This document shows, one piece after another, positions 39,999 to 50,977 of a stretch of DNA of 64,000 bases. Made by a program: the position numbers and the translations under genes. How positions within the stretch are numbered: the stretch's first letter is position 1; the number at the start of each line of letters is the position of its first letter. The stretch is taken from positions 608,001 to 672,000 of the forward strand of contig CAVSGI010000020.1 of assembly GCA_963727445.1 (NCBI GenBank), read 5' to 3'. The notes below the pieces were generated by a model. That model did not search any database. It worked only from the letters and a program-made list of their open reading frames with translations, and had not been told where the DNA came from. This DNA comes from an uncultured delta proteobacterium (lineage in GTDB: Bacteria; Myxococcota_A; Polyangia; Polyangiales; B10-G4).

Positions 39999-40091
39999 GG
40001 GATCTTCAAGCTGGCGCAACCGCCGATCCAACAGTAATTTCCAGGCCCGTCACGGTGCGAAGCTAGACCCCAGAAGGAGGTGGGTCAAGCG

Positions 40092-40799
40092 ATGCTCGTC
40101 CTCTCCCTCGACACCTCGACTCCCACTGGATCGGTCGCCCTTCTCGAGGGTGACGAGGTCCTCGGCCGGGCCTGGGCAGAGGTCAAAGGCAAGCACGGGG
40201 AGCACTTGATCGAGACCCTCGCGGCGTGCCTCGAAGCGGCCGGCCGGACCCTCGCCGACGTCGAGCTCCTGGCCGTGGGTATCGGACCCGGCTCCTTCAC
40301 TGGTGTGCGCGTCGGGGTGGCCACCGTGAAGGGACTCGCCCTCTCGCGCGGGCTGCCGTTGGTCGGGGTGGTCTCCCTCGCGGCCATCGCGCGCGGGACC
40401 CGTGCGCGTGACGGTGCGGTGGCGCCCATCGTCCACGCCCACCGCGGGGAGGTCTACGCCGCACTCTACACCTGTGGCGAGGACGGCCCGATGGAGCGCC
40501 TCGCCCCCTTCCACGCTTTGCCGGTCGAGGCGGCGGCGCGCCTTCGACAGGCCGCCGATGGGCGTGCGCTCCTGGCCGTGGGAGATGGATATCGCCGCTT
40601 CGAAGAGGCGCTGGGGCCAGCGCTCGGCCCGCACGAGACGGCGCCGGAGACGAGCGATCTACCGAGCGCGGAAGCCGTCGCTCGCGAGGGCCTGCGCCGC
40701 TTTCGCACGCACGGCCCCGACGACACGGCGCGCCTCGAGCCGCTCTACGTCCGCCCTTCGGACGCCAAGCTCCCCGCCATCCCCCTCGACGTCGGCTGA
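40092..40799 (+). CDS. tsaB: tRNA threonylcarbamoyladenosine biosynthesis protein
   Basis: LSLDTST, GIGPGSFTGVRVG, EPLYVR. Confidence 0.93.
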   Translation: MLVLSLDTSTPTGSVALLEGDEVLGRAWAEVKGKHGEHLIETLAACLEAAGRTLADVELLAVGIGPGSFTGVRVGVATVKGLALSRGLPLVGVVSLAAIARGTRARDGAVAPIVHAHRGEVYAALYTCGEDGPMERLAPFHALPVEAAARLRQAADGRALLAVGDGYRRFEEALGPALGPHETAPETSDLPSAEAVAREGLRRFRTHGPDDTARLEPLYVRPSDAKLPAIPLDVG

Positions 40800-40869
40800 A
40801 TCACGCCGACTTGCGCTGCCTCTGGGCGCTTTCTATCGTTCGGCCGCCCACAGCGGGCGAGGAGGAGAC

Positions 40870-41355
40870 ATGCCGTCGTTCGACGTCGTTTCGAAGCTCG
40901 AGATGCACGAGGTGGACAACGCAGTGCAGCAGGCCAAGAAGGAGGTCGGCCAGCGCTACGACTTCCGCGGCACCAACACGAGCATCGACAAGTCCGAAGA
41001 AGGCATCACCATCCGCTCCGACGGGGAGGGGCGGGTCGAAGCCGCGCTCGACGTGCTCAAGAGCAAGCTCGTGAACCGCAAGGTGTCCCTGTTGGCTCTC
41101 GACTCGCAGGCGATCCAGCCGGCCGCCGGCAAGGGCTACAAGCAGCTGGTCAAGCTCAAGCAGGGCGTCGAGAAGGACAAGGCCAAGGAGATCGTGAAGA
41201 CGATCAAGGACTCGAAGATGAAGCTCCAGGCTTCCATCCAGGGGGACCTGGTGCGGGTCACTGGCAAGAAGCGCGACGACCTGCAGGCCGCGATTCCGCT
41301 TCTCAAGGGAGCGGACCTCGGCCTGCCCTTGCAGTTCGAGAACTTCAGGGACTGA
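40870..41355 (+). CDS. yajQ: YajQ nucleotide-binding protein
   Basis: MPSFDVVS, RYDFRG, IQGDLVRVTGKKRDDLQ, NFRD. Confidence 0.96.
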   Translation: MPSFDVVSKLEMHEVDNAVQQAKKEVGQRYDFRGTNTSIDKSEEGITIRSDGEGRVEAALDVLKSKLVNRKVSLLALDSQAIQPAAGKGYKQLVKLKQGVEKDKAKEIVKTIKDSKMKLQASIQGDLVRVTGKKRDDLQAAIPLLKGADLGLPLQFENFRD

Positions 41356-41362
41356 CGCGGCT

Positions 41363-42808
41363 TCAGCTCGGGTCGGCGGGGAGCGAGTCTCCGCGGTACA
41401 GGCGCTCGTAGAGCCGGGCGCTCCGCTCCCAGGAGTGGTCGAGGCGCATCACCCGTCGCTTGAGCGATTCGATCTCGTTCACCTTGTGGAAGGCGGCGAA
41501 GCTGCGGCGGATCGCGGCGAGGAGATCCTCGCCCGTCGCCTCTTCGAAGACGAAGCCGGTGCCCGTCGAGAGCGCGGGATCGCAATCGACCACGGTGTCG
41601 GCCAGGCCGCCCGTGCGCCGGACGACAGGGAGCGCACCGTAGCGATGCGCCACCATCTGAACGTAGCCGCAGGGCTCGTGACGCGCCGGGACCAGCACCA
41701 GATCCGCCGCCGCCAGGGCTTCGTGAGCGATGCTCCCGTCCCCCGCGCTCTCCACCTTCATGCGATCGGGCCAGCGATCGGCGAGGGCCGAGAGCTTGGC
41801 GCGCAGCGGGTCGCCGTCGTCGCCTTCGAAGACGACGAGTATCTGACAGTCGTTGCGCAGGACCTTGGGCGCGACCTCGGCGAAGAGATCGAAGCCGGAG
41901 GAGGGGTCGCTGTTCGCCAGGAGCACCAGGAGCGGGACGTCGTCGCGCACCGGGAAGCCCTCACTCCGCTGCAGGTGCGTCTTGTTCCTGGCCTTGCCGG
42001 CGAGATCCATCGGATCGAAGCGGCTCTGCACGCGCGGGTCGGTGGCTGGGTTCCACACCGACGCGTCGACGCCGTTCAGGATGCCCACCAGCTTGTCGCC
42101 GAGGGCGCCGTATCGCTCCTCGAGCCCGGCCCCGCCGGGGGCCGCCGCGAGCTCGCGCGCATAGGTCGGCGAGACGGTGGTGACGTGGTCGGCGCGCTCG
42201 AGACCGAGCGCGAGCACGTTGGTGCGCCCGCCCGCTTTGGCGAGCTTCGCGTCTTCCTCGTCGAGCCCGAGGGCGCTGGCGTCCTTGCCGGCGAACTCCC
42301 CCTGGGCCGACGGGTCGTGGATCGTGAGGACCGAGGGCACGTCCGCGAGCACCGAGTCCCGCTTGGCGAGGGCGAGGGCGAGGGCGCCCGGCCAGTCGTG
42401 GCCGTGGATCGCACCGAAGGTGCCGTCGTGCTTGTGCGCGGCGCCGAGAGCGGCGCGCGCGAAGACGCCTGCGCGCCGGGCGACGACGTCGGGCGCGTCC
42501 CCGTCGTTCATTCCGTCGCTCTTGGCGAAGAGCTCGGGGTGACCGATGAAGAGCAGGTCGACCCCGCCGGTGGTGCGGCCGTCGTAGAGCTCGCAGGCGA
42601 CCTTCTCGCCGCCGACCTCGACGTCGACGGTCATCAGGCGCCGCGCCAGGCCGCGGCGCTGGGGGTCGACGCCGGCCCAGAGCGGGGTGACCACCGTGAC
42701 TTTGTGTCCGTGGCCGCGAAGCGCCTTCGGCAGCGCAGCGATCGCTTCGGCCGTCGAGCCTTCGGCTCCATAGCCGGCGATCTGGGGAGTGATGAAGAGG
42801 ATATCCAT
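41363..42808 (-). CDS. glgA: Glycogen synthase-like GT5 protein with degenerate nucleotide-sugar motifs
   Basis: HDW, TIH, TVSPTYA, GILNGVD..WNP, EPCG, TGGLADTV retained; KTGG and R..QKG motifs replaced. Confidence 0.8.
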   Translation of the reverse strand: MDILFITPQIAGYGAEGSTAEAIAALPKALRGHGHKVTVVTPLWAGVDPQRRGLARRLMTVDVEVGGEKVACELYDGRTTGGVDLLFIGHPELFAKSDGMNDGDAPDVVARRAGVFARAALGAAHKHDGTFGAIHGHDWPGALALALAKRDSVLADVPSVLTIHDPSAQGEFAGKDASALGLDEEDAKLAKAGGRTNVLALGLERADHVTTVSPTYARELAAAPGGAGLEERYGALGDKLVGILNGVDASVWNPATDPRVQSRFDPMDLAGKARNKTHLQRSEGFPVRDDVPLLVLLANSDPSSGFDLFAEVAPKVLRNDCQILVVFEGDDGDPLRAKLSALADRWPDRMKVESAGDGSIAHEALAAADLVLVPARHEPCGYVQMVAHRYGALPVVRRTGGLADTVVDCDPALSTGTGFVFEEATGEDLLAAIRRSFAAFHKVNEIESLKRRVMRLDHSWERSARLYERLYRGDSLPADPS

Positions 42809-42867
42809 GGGGCGCGAACCATACCGGGTGTTGACCCACCCCGCCAGTTGTCCCAGAGACCTGCGGA

Positions 42868-43770
42868 ATGGCTGAGACGGTTGCGATCACGGGCGCGTCC
42901 GGGCTGGTGGGCTCGGCGCTGACCGAAGCCCTCCGCGCGCGGGGGGTCACGGTGCGAAAGCTCGTCCGAGGCGCGCCACGCGCCGACGACGAAGTGCGCT
43001 GGGACCCGAGCGCGGACCACCTCCCGCCCGAGGTCCTGGCCGGCGCCCGCGTGGTGGTTCATCTGGCGGGCAAGAGCATCGGCGACGGCCGATGGACCGA
43101 AGCGGTGAAGCGAGAGATCCGCGCGAGCCGCGTCGACAGCACCCGGCTCATCGCCCGGGCCATCGCCGACGGCGCCGGACCCGAGGTCCTGGTGTGCGCG
43201 TCGGCGGTCGGCTTCTTCGGTGATCGCGGCGACGAGGTCCTCGACGAGGAGAGCCCTGCGGGCGAAGGATTTCTCGCCGAGGTGGTGCAGGCCTGGGAGG
43301 CGGCCGCAGACCCGGCGCGCGAAGCCGGCATCCGCGTCGTGCACGCGCGCTTCGGGGTGATCCTCACGCGAGAGGGTGGGGCGCTCGAGCGCATGCTCAC
43401 GCCCTTCCGCTTCGGTGTGGGCGGGCGCCTCGGCAGCGGCGAGCAATACATGGCCTTCGTCTCGCTCTCGGACGCCGTCTCCGCGCTGCTTCGTTTCGTC
43501 GACGATCCTTCGCTCGAAGGCGTCTTCGACGTCACCGCTCCCGAGCCCGCGACCAACGCGGAGCTGACCAGTGCCCTCGGCGAGGCGCTCGGGCGGCCGA
43601 CGTTCATCCCCGTCCCAGCGTTCGCCTTGCGCGCGGCGATGGGCCGGCAGATGGCGGACGAGCTCCTTCTGGCGAGCCAGCGCGTGGTACCGGCGCGCCT
43701 GTTGGAAGCGGGCTTCGAGTTCGCCCACCCGACCATCGACGACGTGGTGCGGGCGGGCGTCTCCGGTTGA
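42868..43770 (+). CDS. TIGR01777-family NAD-dependent epimerase
   Basis: ITGASGLVG, HLAG, SAVGFFG, GGRLGSG, SQRVVP. Confidence 0.9.
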   Translation: MAETVAITGASGLVGSALTEALRARGVTVRKLVRGAPRADDEVRWDPSADHLPPEVLAGARVVVHLAGKSIGDGRWTEAVKREIRASRVDSTRLIARAIADGAGPEVLVCASAVGFFGDRGDEVLDEESPAGEGFLAEVVQAWEAAADPAREAGIRVVHARFGVILTREGGALERMLTPFRFGVGGRLGSGEQYMAFVSLSDAVSALLRFVDDPSLEGVFDVTAPEPATNAELTSALGEALGRPTFIPVPAFALRAAMGRQMADELLLASQRVVPARLLEAGFEFAHPTIDDVVRAGVSG

Positions 43771-43777
43771 AGACCGG

Positions 43778-44266
43778 CTACTTCTGGTAGCGCTCGCGGT
43801 CCTTCGCCATGCGCGCTTCGATGCGCTCGACCACCTCGGGGTGCGAGAGGCCGAGGATGCGCGCCGCGAGGAAGGCCGCGTTGCGTGATCCGTCCACGCC
43901 GACAGTCGCCACCGGGATCCCCGGCGGCATCTGCACGGTCGACAGAAGAGAATCGAATCCGGCGAGAGCCCCCGACGCGAGGGGAACACCGATCACCGGC
44001 AGGGTGGTGTGCGCTGCCACCACGCCCGCGAGGTGCGCGGCCATTCCGGCGCAGGCGATGATCACCTCGACGCCGCGGCCCTTCGCCTTGGTGACGTGCT
44101 CGACCACCATGTCGGGGGTGCGATGGGCGCTCATGGCATGGACTTCGGCGGGAATGCCGAGCTCGTCCAGCACTTCCTTCGCCTTGTTGACCGTGGGGAG
44201 ATCGCTCGGGCTGCCGGTCAGGATCGAGACCACCGGCGAGCCATCCTTGGTGAGTGTTTCGGGCAT
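43778..44266 (-). CDS. purE: N5-CAIR mutase
   Basis: GSPSD, SAHRTP, AGMAAHLAG, QMPPGIPVATV. Confidence 0.96.
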   Translation of the reverse strand: MPETLTKDGSPVVSILTGSPSDLPTVNKAKEVLDELGIPAEVHAMSAHRTPDMVVEHVTKAKGRGVEVIIACAGMAAHLAGVVAAHTTLPVIGVPLASGALAGFDSLLSTVQMPPGIPVATVGVDGSRNAAFLAARILGLSHPEVVERIEARMAKDRERYQK

Positions 44267-44317
44267 GGCGGGCTGTCTGTACCAGACGCGGCCGCTCTGG
44301 GCTATGGTCGCGTCCCG

Positions 44318-45046
44318 ATGGCCCAGAGAGACCGGACTCGACTCATCAACATGAGCCTCGCCGCCATCGCCTTGATCGGGATCGTCGGGATTTTCGTGTG
44401 GTGGAAGGCGGAGGAGGATGCGGCGCGGGAGCGGCGTGAGGCCGATCGCATCGCCCGGGAGCAGGAGCGGGCGGAGCGCGAGGCCGAGCGGTCGGCGCGG
44501 CTCCTCGAAGAGTCGGCGGAGCTGATGCCCGAGCCCCTCGACGGGTTGGCGCTCGGGATGAGCAAGGAGCAGGTGGGGGAGCTGCGCCGGATGCAGCCCA
44601 AGCTCGGCGCCAGCGAGGACCCCAGCAAGACCTTCTACGAGGAGGAGCTGCCCAACGGATCGCAGGTCGTGTACGGCTTCGACGACGAGACCGATACCCT
44701 GGCGCAGATCCAGGTGCTGTCGATCCTGCCTTCGGCCGAAGCGTTCCAGGCGCACTTCACCGCGATGATCGAGGCCTACGGAAGGCCCGGCGGCGCATGG
44801 GACTGTCCCGACACGGGCGGGGTTCCGACGCGCCGCTTCACCTGGCGGCGCGCGCGCACCACCCTCGCCGACATCTTCCTCGTCTACGGCGACCGCATCA
44901 GCGTCACCCTCTACATCGCGCCCACCGAGGTGATCGGGGCTTCCCTCGTGCGCGCGCGCTGCCAGCCGGTGCAGTCCTACGAGCAGCTCCTCGAGTTCCC
45001 CACGACCAGCCTCGACGCGATCACCGAGTCCCAGGAGACCCCATGA
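44318..45046 (+). CDS. Hypothetical membrane-anchored protein with coiled coil
   Basis: N-terminal TM, EEDAARERRE coil; overlaps the PPIase start (ATGA). Confidence 0.7.
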   Translation: MAQRDRTRLINMSLAAIALIGIVGIFVWWKAEEDAARERREADRIAREQERAEREAERSARLLEESAELMPEPLDGLALGMSKEQVGELRRMQPKLGASEDPSKTFYEEELPNGSQVVYGFDDETDTLAQIQVLSILPSAEAFQAHFTAMIEAYGRPGGAWDCPDTGGVPTRRFTWRRARTTLADIFLVYGDRISVTLYIAPTEVIGASLVRARCQPVQSYEQLLEFPTTSLDAITESQETP

Positions 45047-45858
45047 CCCATCGATATCTGATTGCGCTTGCCGTCGTCCTCTCCGCGGCCGCCGGCTGCG
45101 ACGACGAGCCAGAGACCCAGGCCACGCCGGAGACCGCCGAGCCCGAGCTGAGCGAAGAGGTCGTGGAAGCGGAAGAGGAAGCGCCGCCCGCCGCGGATCC
45201 GAACGAAGCCTGCGCGCAGGTCATCGTGGTGGCGTGGGAGGGCGCCGAGTACGCCGCCGACGACATCGATCGCGACCAGGCCGCGGCCCGGGCGAAGGCC
45301 GAGGAGCTGCGCACGCGCCTCGAGCAGGGCGCGGACTTCGCCGAGCTCGCCCGCGCGGAGTCGGATGCGGCGTCGACCGGGCCGCGGGGTGGCTTGATGG
45401 GGACCTACGCACGGGACGAGTGGCCCGCTCCGCACATGGCGATCCGCGATGCGCTCTTCGGCCTGGGTGTCGGGCAGCTCTCCGAGGTGGTGGAGGCGCC
45501 CTACGGCTGGGTGCTGATGCGGCGGTGTGCGGTGGAGAAGATCCACACCCGGCACATCCTCATTCGGTATCAGGGCGCGAAGAACGCACCCGAGAGCGTC
45601 ACCCGGAGCAAGGAGGAGGCCGAGATCCTCGCGGGCACCATTCGCGTGGCCGTGCAGGCGGCCCCCGAGAGCTTCGAGGAGGCCGCTCGGGAGCACAGCG
45701 AGGACAGCTCCGCATCGCGTGGTGGCGACATGGGGGAGTTGGGCCGCGGTCGGCTGGCCGAGGCCTACGAAGCCGCCGCGTGGGAGCTCGCCCCGGGCGG
45801 CATCAGCGAACCGGTCGAGACCGAATTCGGCTATCACATCATCCAGCGCGTCGAGTGA
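45043..45858 (+). CDS. Parvulin-type peptidyl-prolyl isomerase lipoprotein (two domains)
   Basis: Lipobox AAGC; HILI, FEEAAREHSED, GGDMG, ETEFGYHII. Confidence 0.9.
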   Translation: MTHRYLIALAVVLSAAAGCDDEPETQATPETAEPELSEEVVEAEEEAPPAADPNEACAQVIVVAWEGAEYAADDIDRDQAAARAKAEELRTRLEQGADFAELARAESDAASTGPRGGLMGTYARDEWPAPHMAIRDALFGLGVGQLSEVVEAPYGWVLMRRCAVEKIHTRHILIRYQGAKNAPESVTRSKEEAEILAGTIRVAVQAAPESFEEAAREHSEDSSASRGGDMGELGRGRLAEAYEAAAWELAPGGISEPVETEFGYHIIQRVE

Positions 45859-45898
45859 GGGCTGGACACGCGTTCCGAACGACTTCAGACAATCACCC

Positions 45899-46408
45899 AT
45901 GGCCCACCCCCTCGAGGACGTGATCCGAAACGCCGAGCCCTTCGTCTTCATCGGCAACAGCACGGAGGGCCGTTTCCCGGCGATGAGCTACGCCAACGCC
46001 AAGAAGCGGGATCACCGCATCTACTACTTCGACATGGGTGGGATGACCAAGAGCCGAGGGAAGGCGCCGGGAGGGAAGGTCTACGCCGACGTCGCGACGA
46101 TCCCGGACGATCGCACGGACCTCGCCGTGATCTGGACGAAGCCCCGCACCGCCAAGCGCGCGGTGGACATCGCCCACGAGCTCGGCGCGAAGCGCGTCTG
46201 GTTCAGCTTCATGACCGGTCACGCCGACGCGGTGCGGCACGCACGCGAGCTCGGAATGGAGATCGTGGAGATCGGTCGCTGTCCCGTTCACTACATGGAC
46301 GGACAGGTGGCGGAGTGTAAGAGCCACACGGCGCTCTTGAAGATCAGCGGTGCCTACAAGAGGCCGCCTCAGACGGACGAGAACGCCAAGCGCCGCGAGC
46401 TCATCTGA
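45899..46408 (+). CDS. CoA-binding-domain protein (YccU-like)
   Basis: KVYADVATIP..DLAVI, GAKRVWF, GRCP. Confidence 0.65.
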   Translation: MAHPLEDVIRNAEPFVFIGNSTEGRFPAMSYANAKKRDHRIYYFDMGGMTKSRGKAPGGKVYADVATIPDDRTDLAVIWTKPRTAKRAVDIAHELGAKRVWFSFMTGHADAVRHARELGMEIVEIGRCPVHYMDGQVAECKSHTALLKISGAYKRPPQTDENAKRRELI

Positions 46409-46420
46409 TAAGATCCCGGG

Positions 46421-47233
46421 GTGCAGCGGTCGCACCCGGCCCTGGTTCTTCTGTTCGCGGTCACGGCGTGTAGCTTGGAGAGCGGGGCGCTTCTCCCGCC
46501 GGACGGTGCCGGCGGGACTGCGGATGGGGCGGTCACGGATAGCGGCGCGCCCGACGCGGTGATGGACGCTGACGCGGCGCGAGATTCCTCGTCCTCGGAC
46601 GGGCGCGTGGATGGATCGGTCGCGGACGGCTCGCTGGACACGGGGTCGGCGGATACCGGAACGCCGGACACCGGGCCTGCCGACACCGGGCCTGCCGACA
46701 CCGGGCCTGCCGACACCGGGCCTGCCGACACCGGGCCCACCTGCGTGGTCGCCGACGAGGCGTGCAACGGTCGCGACGACGACTGCGATGGAGCGGTGGA
46801 CGAGACGGGATGCAGCGGATGCCGTCGCAGCACCCATTCGGGGAGCATCTACCTGGCGTGCGATACCAACATCGGGTGGACCTCCGCGCGCTCGACCTGC
46901 ATGTCGATGGGCTACGACCTGGTCATCATCGACGACGCGAGTGAAAACGAGCACGTTCGTCTCCAGTCCGTGCCCTTCGGGCGCGACTTCTGGATCGGAA
47001 TGGACGACCGCATGGCCAACGCCACCTATCGCTGGGTCGATGGTCGCATCGTTCGGCAGGCGGGCGTCGACATGCTGTTCACCGTCTGGCAGCCGGGAGA
47101 GCCGGACGACGACATCACCATGAACTGCATCGAGATGGACTCGGCAGCCGGTGACTGGAACGACGTGCCGTGCGGAGAGCTCAAGCCGATCATCTGCGAG
47201 ACGCATCCCGCGACAGTCACGGTGTCGCCTTGA
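46421..47233 (+). CDS. C-type lectin-domain lipoprotein
   Basis: Lipobox VTAC; EACNGRDDDCDGAVDE; WIGMDD, WQPGEPD, WNDVPC, ICE. Confidence 0.88.
   Translation: MQRSHPALVLLFAVTACSLESGALLPPDGAGGTADGAVTDSGAPDAVMDADAARDSSSSDGRVDGSVADGSLDTGSADTGTPDTGPADTGPADTGPADTGPADTGPTCVVADEACNGRDDDCDGAVDETGCSGCRRSTHSGSIYLACDTNIGWTSARSTCMSMGYDLVIIDDASENEHVRLQSVPFGRDFWIGMDDRMANATYRWVDGRIVRQAGVDMLFTVWQPGEPDDDITMNCIEMDSAAGDWNDVPCGELKPIICETHPATVTVSP
46667..46737 (+). repeat. 15-bp coding tandem repeat (DTGPA)
   Basis: gacaccgggcctgcc x4 plus a partial fifth copy. Confidence 0.95.
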
Positions 47234-49298
47234 GGCGCGACTGCGCGCTGGCGACGTGGATCCTGGCGCAAGTGCTCTCCGGCTGCGGGGGCGCGGACGC
47301 GACTCCGGACGGATCGACACCGGACGCCGGTGACGCGGGCGACACGGATGGGGGCGCGATGGCGGTTCAGCCGCCAGTGGCGCCTCGGCTCCCCAGCTTC
47401 GAGTGCCCGGCAGGGTGGCGGACGGTCGCCACGGGAGACGGTTTCGACGTCTGCGAGCCGTTCCCGGACGGGGGCCGCGCGTCCTGTGCGCTTCACGAAG
47501 GTCACTTCCCGGGCGGGGCTGGTTGCGAGCGGATCGGGACGGCTTGCCCGGCTGGGGACTTCCCCGAGGGATTGGCGGCGACGGGGGTGCTCTATGTGAG
47601 CCCCGGCGCGACGGGGGGCGACGGAACGCTCGGAGCGCCTTTCGGGACCATCGCCGAGGCCACGGCCGCGGCGACCGCGGGGGACACCATCGCACTCGCG
47701 AAGGGCACCTACTCGGAGAACGTCGTCATGCCCGAGGGCGTCCATCTCCTCGGCGCCTGCGTCGAAGAGACCCTGCTCACCTCTGACGCGGCCAGCTACA
47801 GCGCCGGCGTGGTCCATGTGGAGTCGAGTGGAGTCGTGGTGCAGAACCTCCGCATCGGTCAGAGCGCCCGCCCGGGCATGAGCGTCATCGGTGACGGGGC
47901 GAGCGCCGTCATCCGTGATGTCGTCTTTCACGAGTGCGCGGTCGGCGGATTCACCGCGGAGCAGGGCGGTTCCATCGAGGCGGAGAACGTGGGCGTGCAC
48001 GACATGATGCCGGTGGCGTCTCTGAACGCGCTCGGTCGCGCGGTGAACGTCGAGTACGGAGCGACGGCGACCGTCCATCGTCTCTACGCCGAAGGAAACG
48101 CCGAGCACGCGGTCCTCGTACAACACGATGCGGACCTGACCGTGGAGGACGCGACGATCGTCGACACGAGGCTCCCTTCTCCGACGGGGTTGGCCGGCAG
48201 CGGGCTGACCGCCGCGGAGGGCGCGCGCCTGATCGCGCGGCGTGTCGTCATCGAAGAAGCGACGATGGTGGGCCTCCTCACGCAGAACGAGGGGACAGAG
48301 GCCATGCTGCAGGACGTGGTCGTGCGTCGGACGAGACCGGGGGTGATCTTCGGAGGCGCGCGGGGCCTCGAGGTCAACGAGGGGCCCACCGTGAGCTGTT
48401 CTCGATGTCTCTTCGAGGACCTTCTGGAGTTCGGGGTCAGCTCCCAGGGAGCGAGCGTGCTCACCCTCACCGACGCGGTGATCCGGAACGTGGACGCGCG
48501 AATGGAGGACATGCGCGCGGGCCGTGGCGTCAGCGTTCAGTCCGGGGGGCACGTCACGGTCGCTTCGGTCGCGGTCCTCGATGCCCGAGAAGTCGGAGTC
48601 TTCGCCGAGGCCGACGGGAGCGTGGTCGATGGCGGCGATCTCGTCATCCATCGGATCGCGCCGGACCTCGCCACCGGATCGTTCGGTCGCGGGCTCTCCG
48701 CTCAATCGGGCGCTGGCATGGAGCTCAACCGTGTGGAGGTCGTGGAGACGCACGAGGGCGGCGTGGTCGCCGTCGAACCGGGGTCGTACCTCCACCTGTC
48801 GGATCTGATGGTTCGCGACGTTCGTCCCAGACCCTCGGATCAGCGCTTCGGTCGCGGGGTGATCGCCCAGGTCGAAGCCGAGATCTCCCTCGAGCGCGGA
48901 CGAGTCGAGCAGACCCGTGAGTTCGGCGTCGGCTCGATTCACGATGCGGTGGTCACGCTGACCGACGTGAGCGTCTCGGACGTCCGTCCGCAAGAGTGCG
49001 CGCCCTCCACCTGTGGCGATCAGCCGGGAGGACACGGATTCGGGAGCTACTTCGGTGCGGAGCTCGTGGCGGCGTCCTTCGACATCTCGGCGGCCGCCTT
49101 GTGCGGTGTACAGGTCGCCGAGCTCGGGACCATGAACCTTCAGAGGGGAAGGATCTCGGGCTCGTCCATCGGCGCTTGCCTGCAGAGCACCAACCAGGAC
49201 GTGGGCGCGCTCGAAGACGGGGTCATCTACGTCGACAACGGCTCCAACCTCGAGACCACGACGCTTCCGGTGCCGAGGCCCTGGGCGCCGTCGAGTAG
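47230..49298 (+). CDS. Parallel beta-helix lipoprotein (DUF1565-like); probable 1-nt deletion near 49273
   Basis: Lipobox LSGC; YVSPGA..GDGTLGAPFGTI, GTYSE; repeated GRG(L/V) turns; shifted end EALGAVE* avoids a 650-nt overlap with the GST gene. Confidence 0.75.
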
Positions 49299-49302
49299 AT
49301 GC

Positions 49303-49957
49303 TCAGCCGATGAAGAGCTCGCCGCCCTTTTCGATGGCGCGCTTCCAGGCCGGTCGTGCCTCCATGCGCGCGGCGTAGGCGCGGACGTTCGGAAAGTCTC
49401 GGCGGAGGCCGCCACGCACGAGAGACGCATGGACCGGGTAGCACATCATCACGTCCGCACCGCTCAGCTCGCCGGCGAGCCATTCGCGGCCTTCGAGAGA
49501 TTGCTCGACGAAGTCCATGTGCCGGCGGATCTCGGTGTCGGTGTACGCGCCGTCGATCTTGTTTGCGATGGTCTTGCCGAGGAGCGGAACCGCCTTCCTC
49601 AACCTGCCCGTGATCAGCTTCACCAACAGGGGCGTCATCATCGAGCCCTCGGCGAAGTGCAGAAAGAACCGGTACGTCAGGTAGTCGGGGGAGTCCTGGG
49701 CGGGTCGGAGGCGGCCTTCGCCGAAGGTGTCGAGGACGTACTCCACCAGGGCGCCGGACTCGGCGATCACCTTGCCTTCGTGGGTGATGACCGGCGACTT
49801 GCCCAGCGGATGGATCTCCTCGAGCTCCGGGCGGCGCGCGGTCGGCCTTGGTCCTCGCGTAGCGCTCGATGTCGTAGTCCACGCCCAGCTCTTCGAGGAG
49901 CCAGAGCGCGCGCTGCGAGCGAGAACGCTCGAGGTGATGGAGGGTGAGCTGGGCCAC
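49303..49957 (-). CDS. Glutathione S-transferase (frameshifted near 49810-49850)
   Basis: LHHLERSRSQRALWLLEELG; HPLGKSP; ESGALVEY; LSGADVMM. Confidence 0.88.
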
Positions 49958-49985
49958 GTGCGAGAGCTACCACGAGCGGCAGCGA

Positions 49986-50938
49986 TCAGCGAGGCTCGAT
50001 GATTCCTTCATAGGGTGCGGGACGCGGGTTCACGCTCCGGACCCAGAGGTCGCCCGAGCCGGTGATGTTCCCGCGGACGAGACCACCGCGACCGACCCAC
50101 AGCGCGCTGGGCGCAGCGTCGGCATCGAAGAAGAGCCGCAGGTGTTTGGTACCGCCGTCCCAGGCGCACTGCGCATACATCTGGATCACGACTTCGCGGG
50201 GCGTACGAACGGGCGGCGCGTGTTCCGCGTCGACGCGCTGGGGAGAAGTGTCGTAGGCGACGATGCAGCTCTGCATCGTCCCGACGTGCTCGGTCCAGGT
50301 GTCGAAGTCGAAGCCGGGATGTGGCGGCAGCGGCTCGGGGTGCTCCTCTTCCACTTCCCGGCTCCGGCGGCGATCGCGACAGCAGCGCGAAGGGCGAGGG
50401 TGTGGATCGTCGATCCCGCCCAGCACGCGCTCTTCGGCGCCGACGAAGATGGCGTTCGGGGTCTCGCCCCGGGCGTCCAACCCCACGACGCGCAGGCGCA
50501 GGCGCTCCTCGACGTCCGGCGCACTCGGAGAGGCCACCGACGCTTTGATCTCGGTGAGATCGGCTGGGTCCTCCACCAGCACGACCACGTTCGCAGTGCC
50601 TCCGTTCGGCCGGCGGCAGCCCACCCGGCGACCGGGCTTGCCGCGCTCCGCCGCGATCACGAACCGGTCCGCGTCGCCGATCTCGCTGACGCGCTCGGCC
50701 ACGCAGAGTCGCTCGCCTCCCGCGTGCTCCGCGGGCGCGAGGATCACGCGCCAGAAGTCGAAGGGTTGGTCGGGATCCGGCTGGGGGCCGGGATCTTCGA
50801 TCGGAGGCGTAACTGGGCGGTGGTGGCTGGCTGCACAGCGGGGAGGTCCTCGGACGCGCGCTGGTCTGGAGGCGTGACGTCTTCACAACCCGCGGCACAG
50901 GCGAGGCTCACTATGAGGAGGATCGCGCTCTGGCGCAC
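49986..50938 (-). CDS. Hypothetical lipoprotein (frameshift near 50785)
   Basis: Lipobox AAGC in 50744-50938; continues ...DFWRVILAPAEH in frame 49986-50747. Confidence 0.55.
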
Positions 50939-50977
50939 GACGCCATCATAGCAATCGTCGGCGGATTTCCACGGGGC

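Noticed and set aside
46667..46737. 15-bp repeat as a phase-variation switch
   Set aside because: Unit length is a multiple of 3 within a flexible linker, so it changes linker length only
49299..49947. C-terminal ~215 aa of the 925-aa beta-helix ORF
   Set aside because: Antisense to the GST gene; read-through caused by a probable 1-nt deletion near 49273
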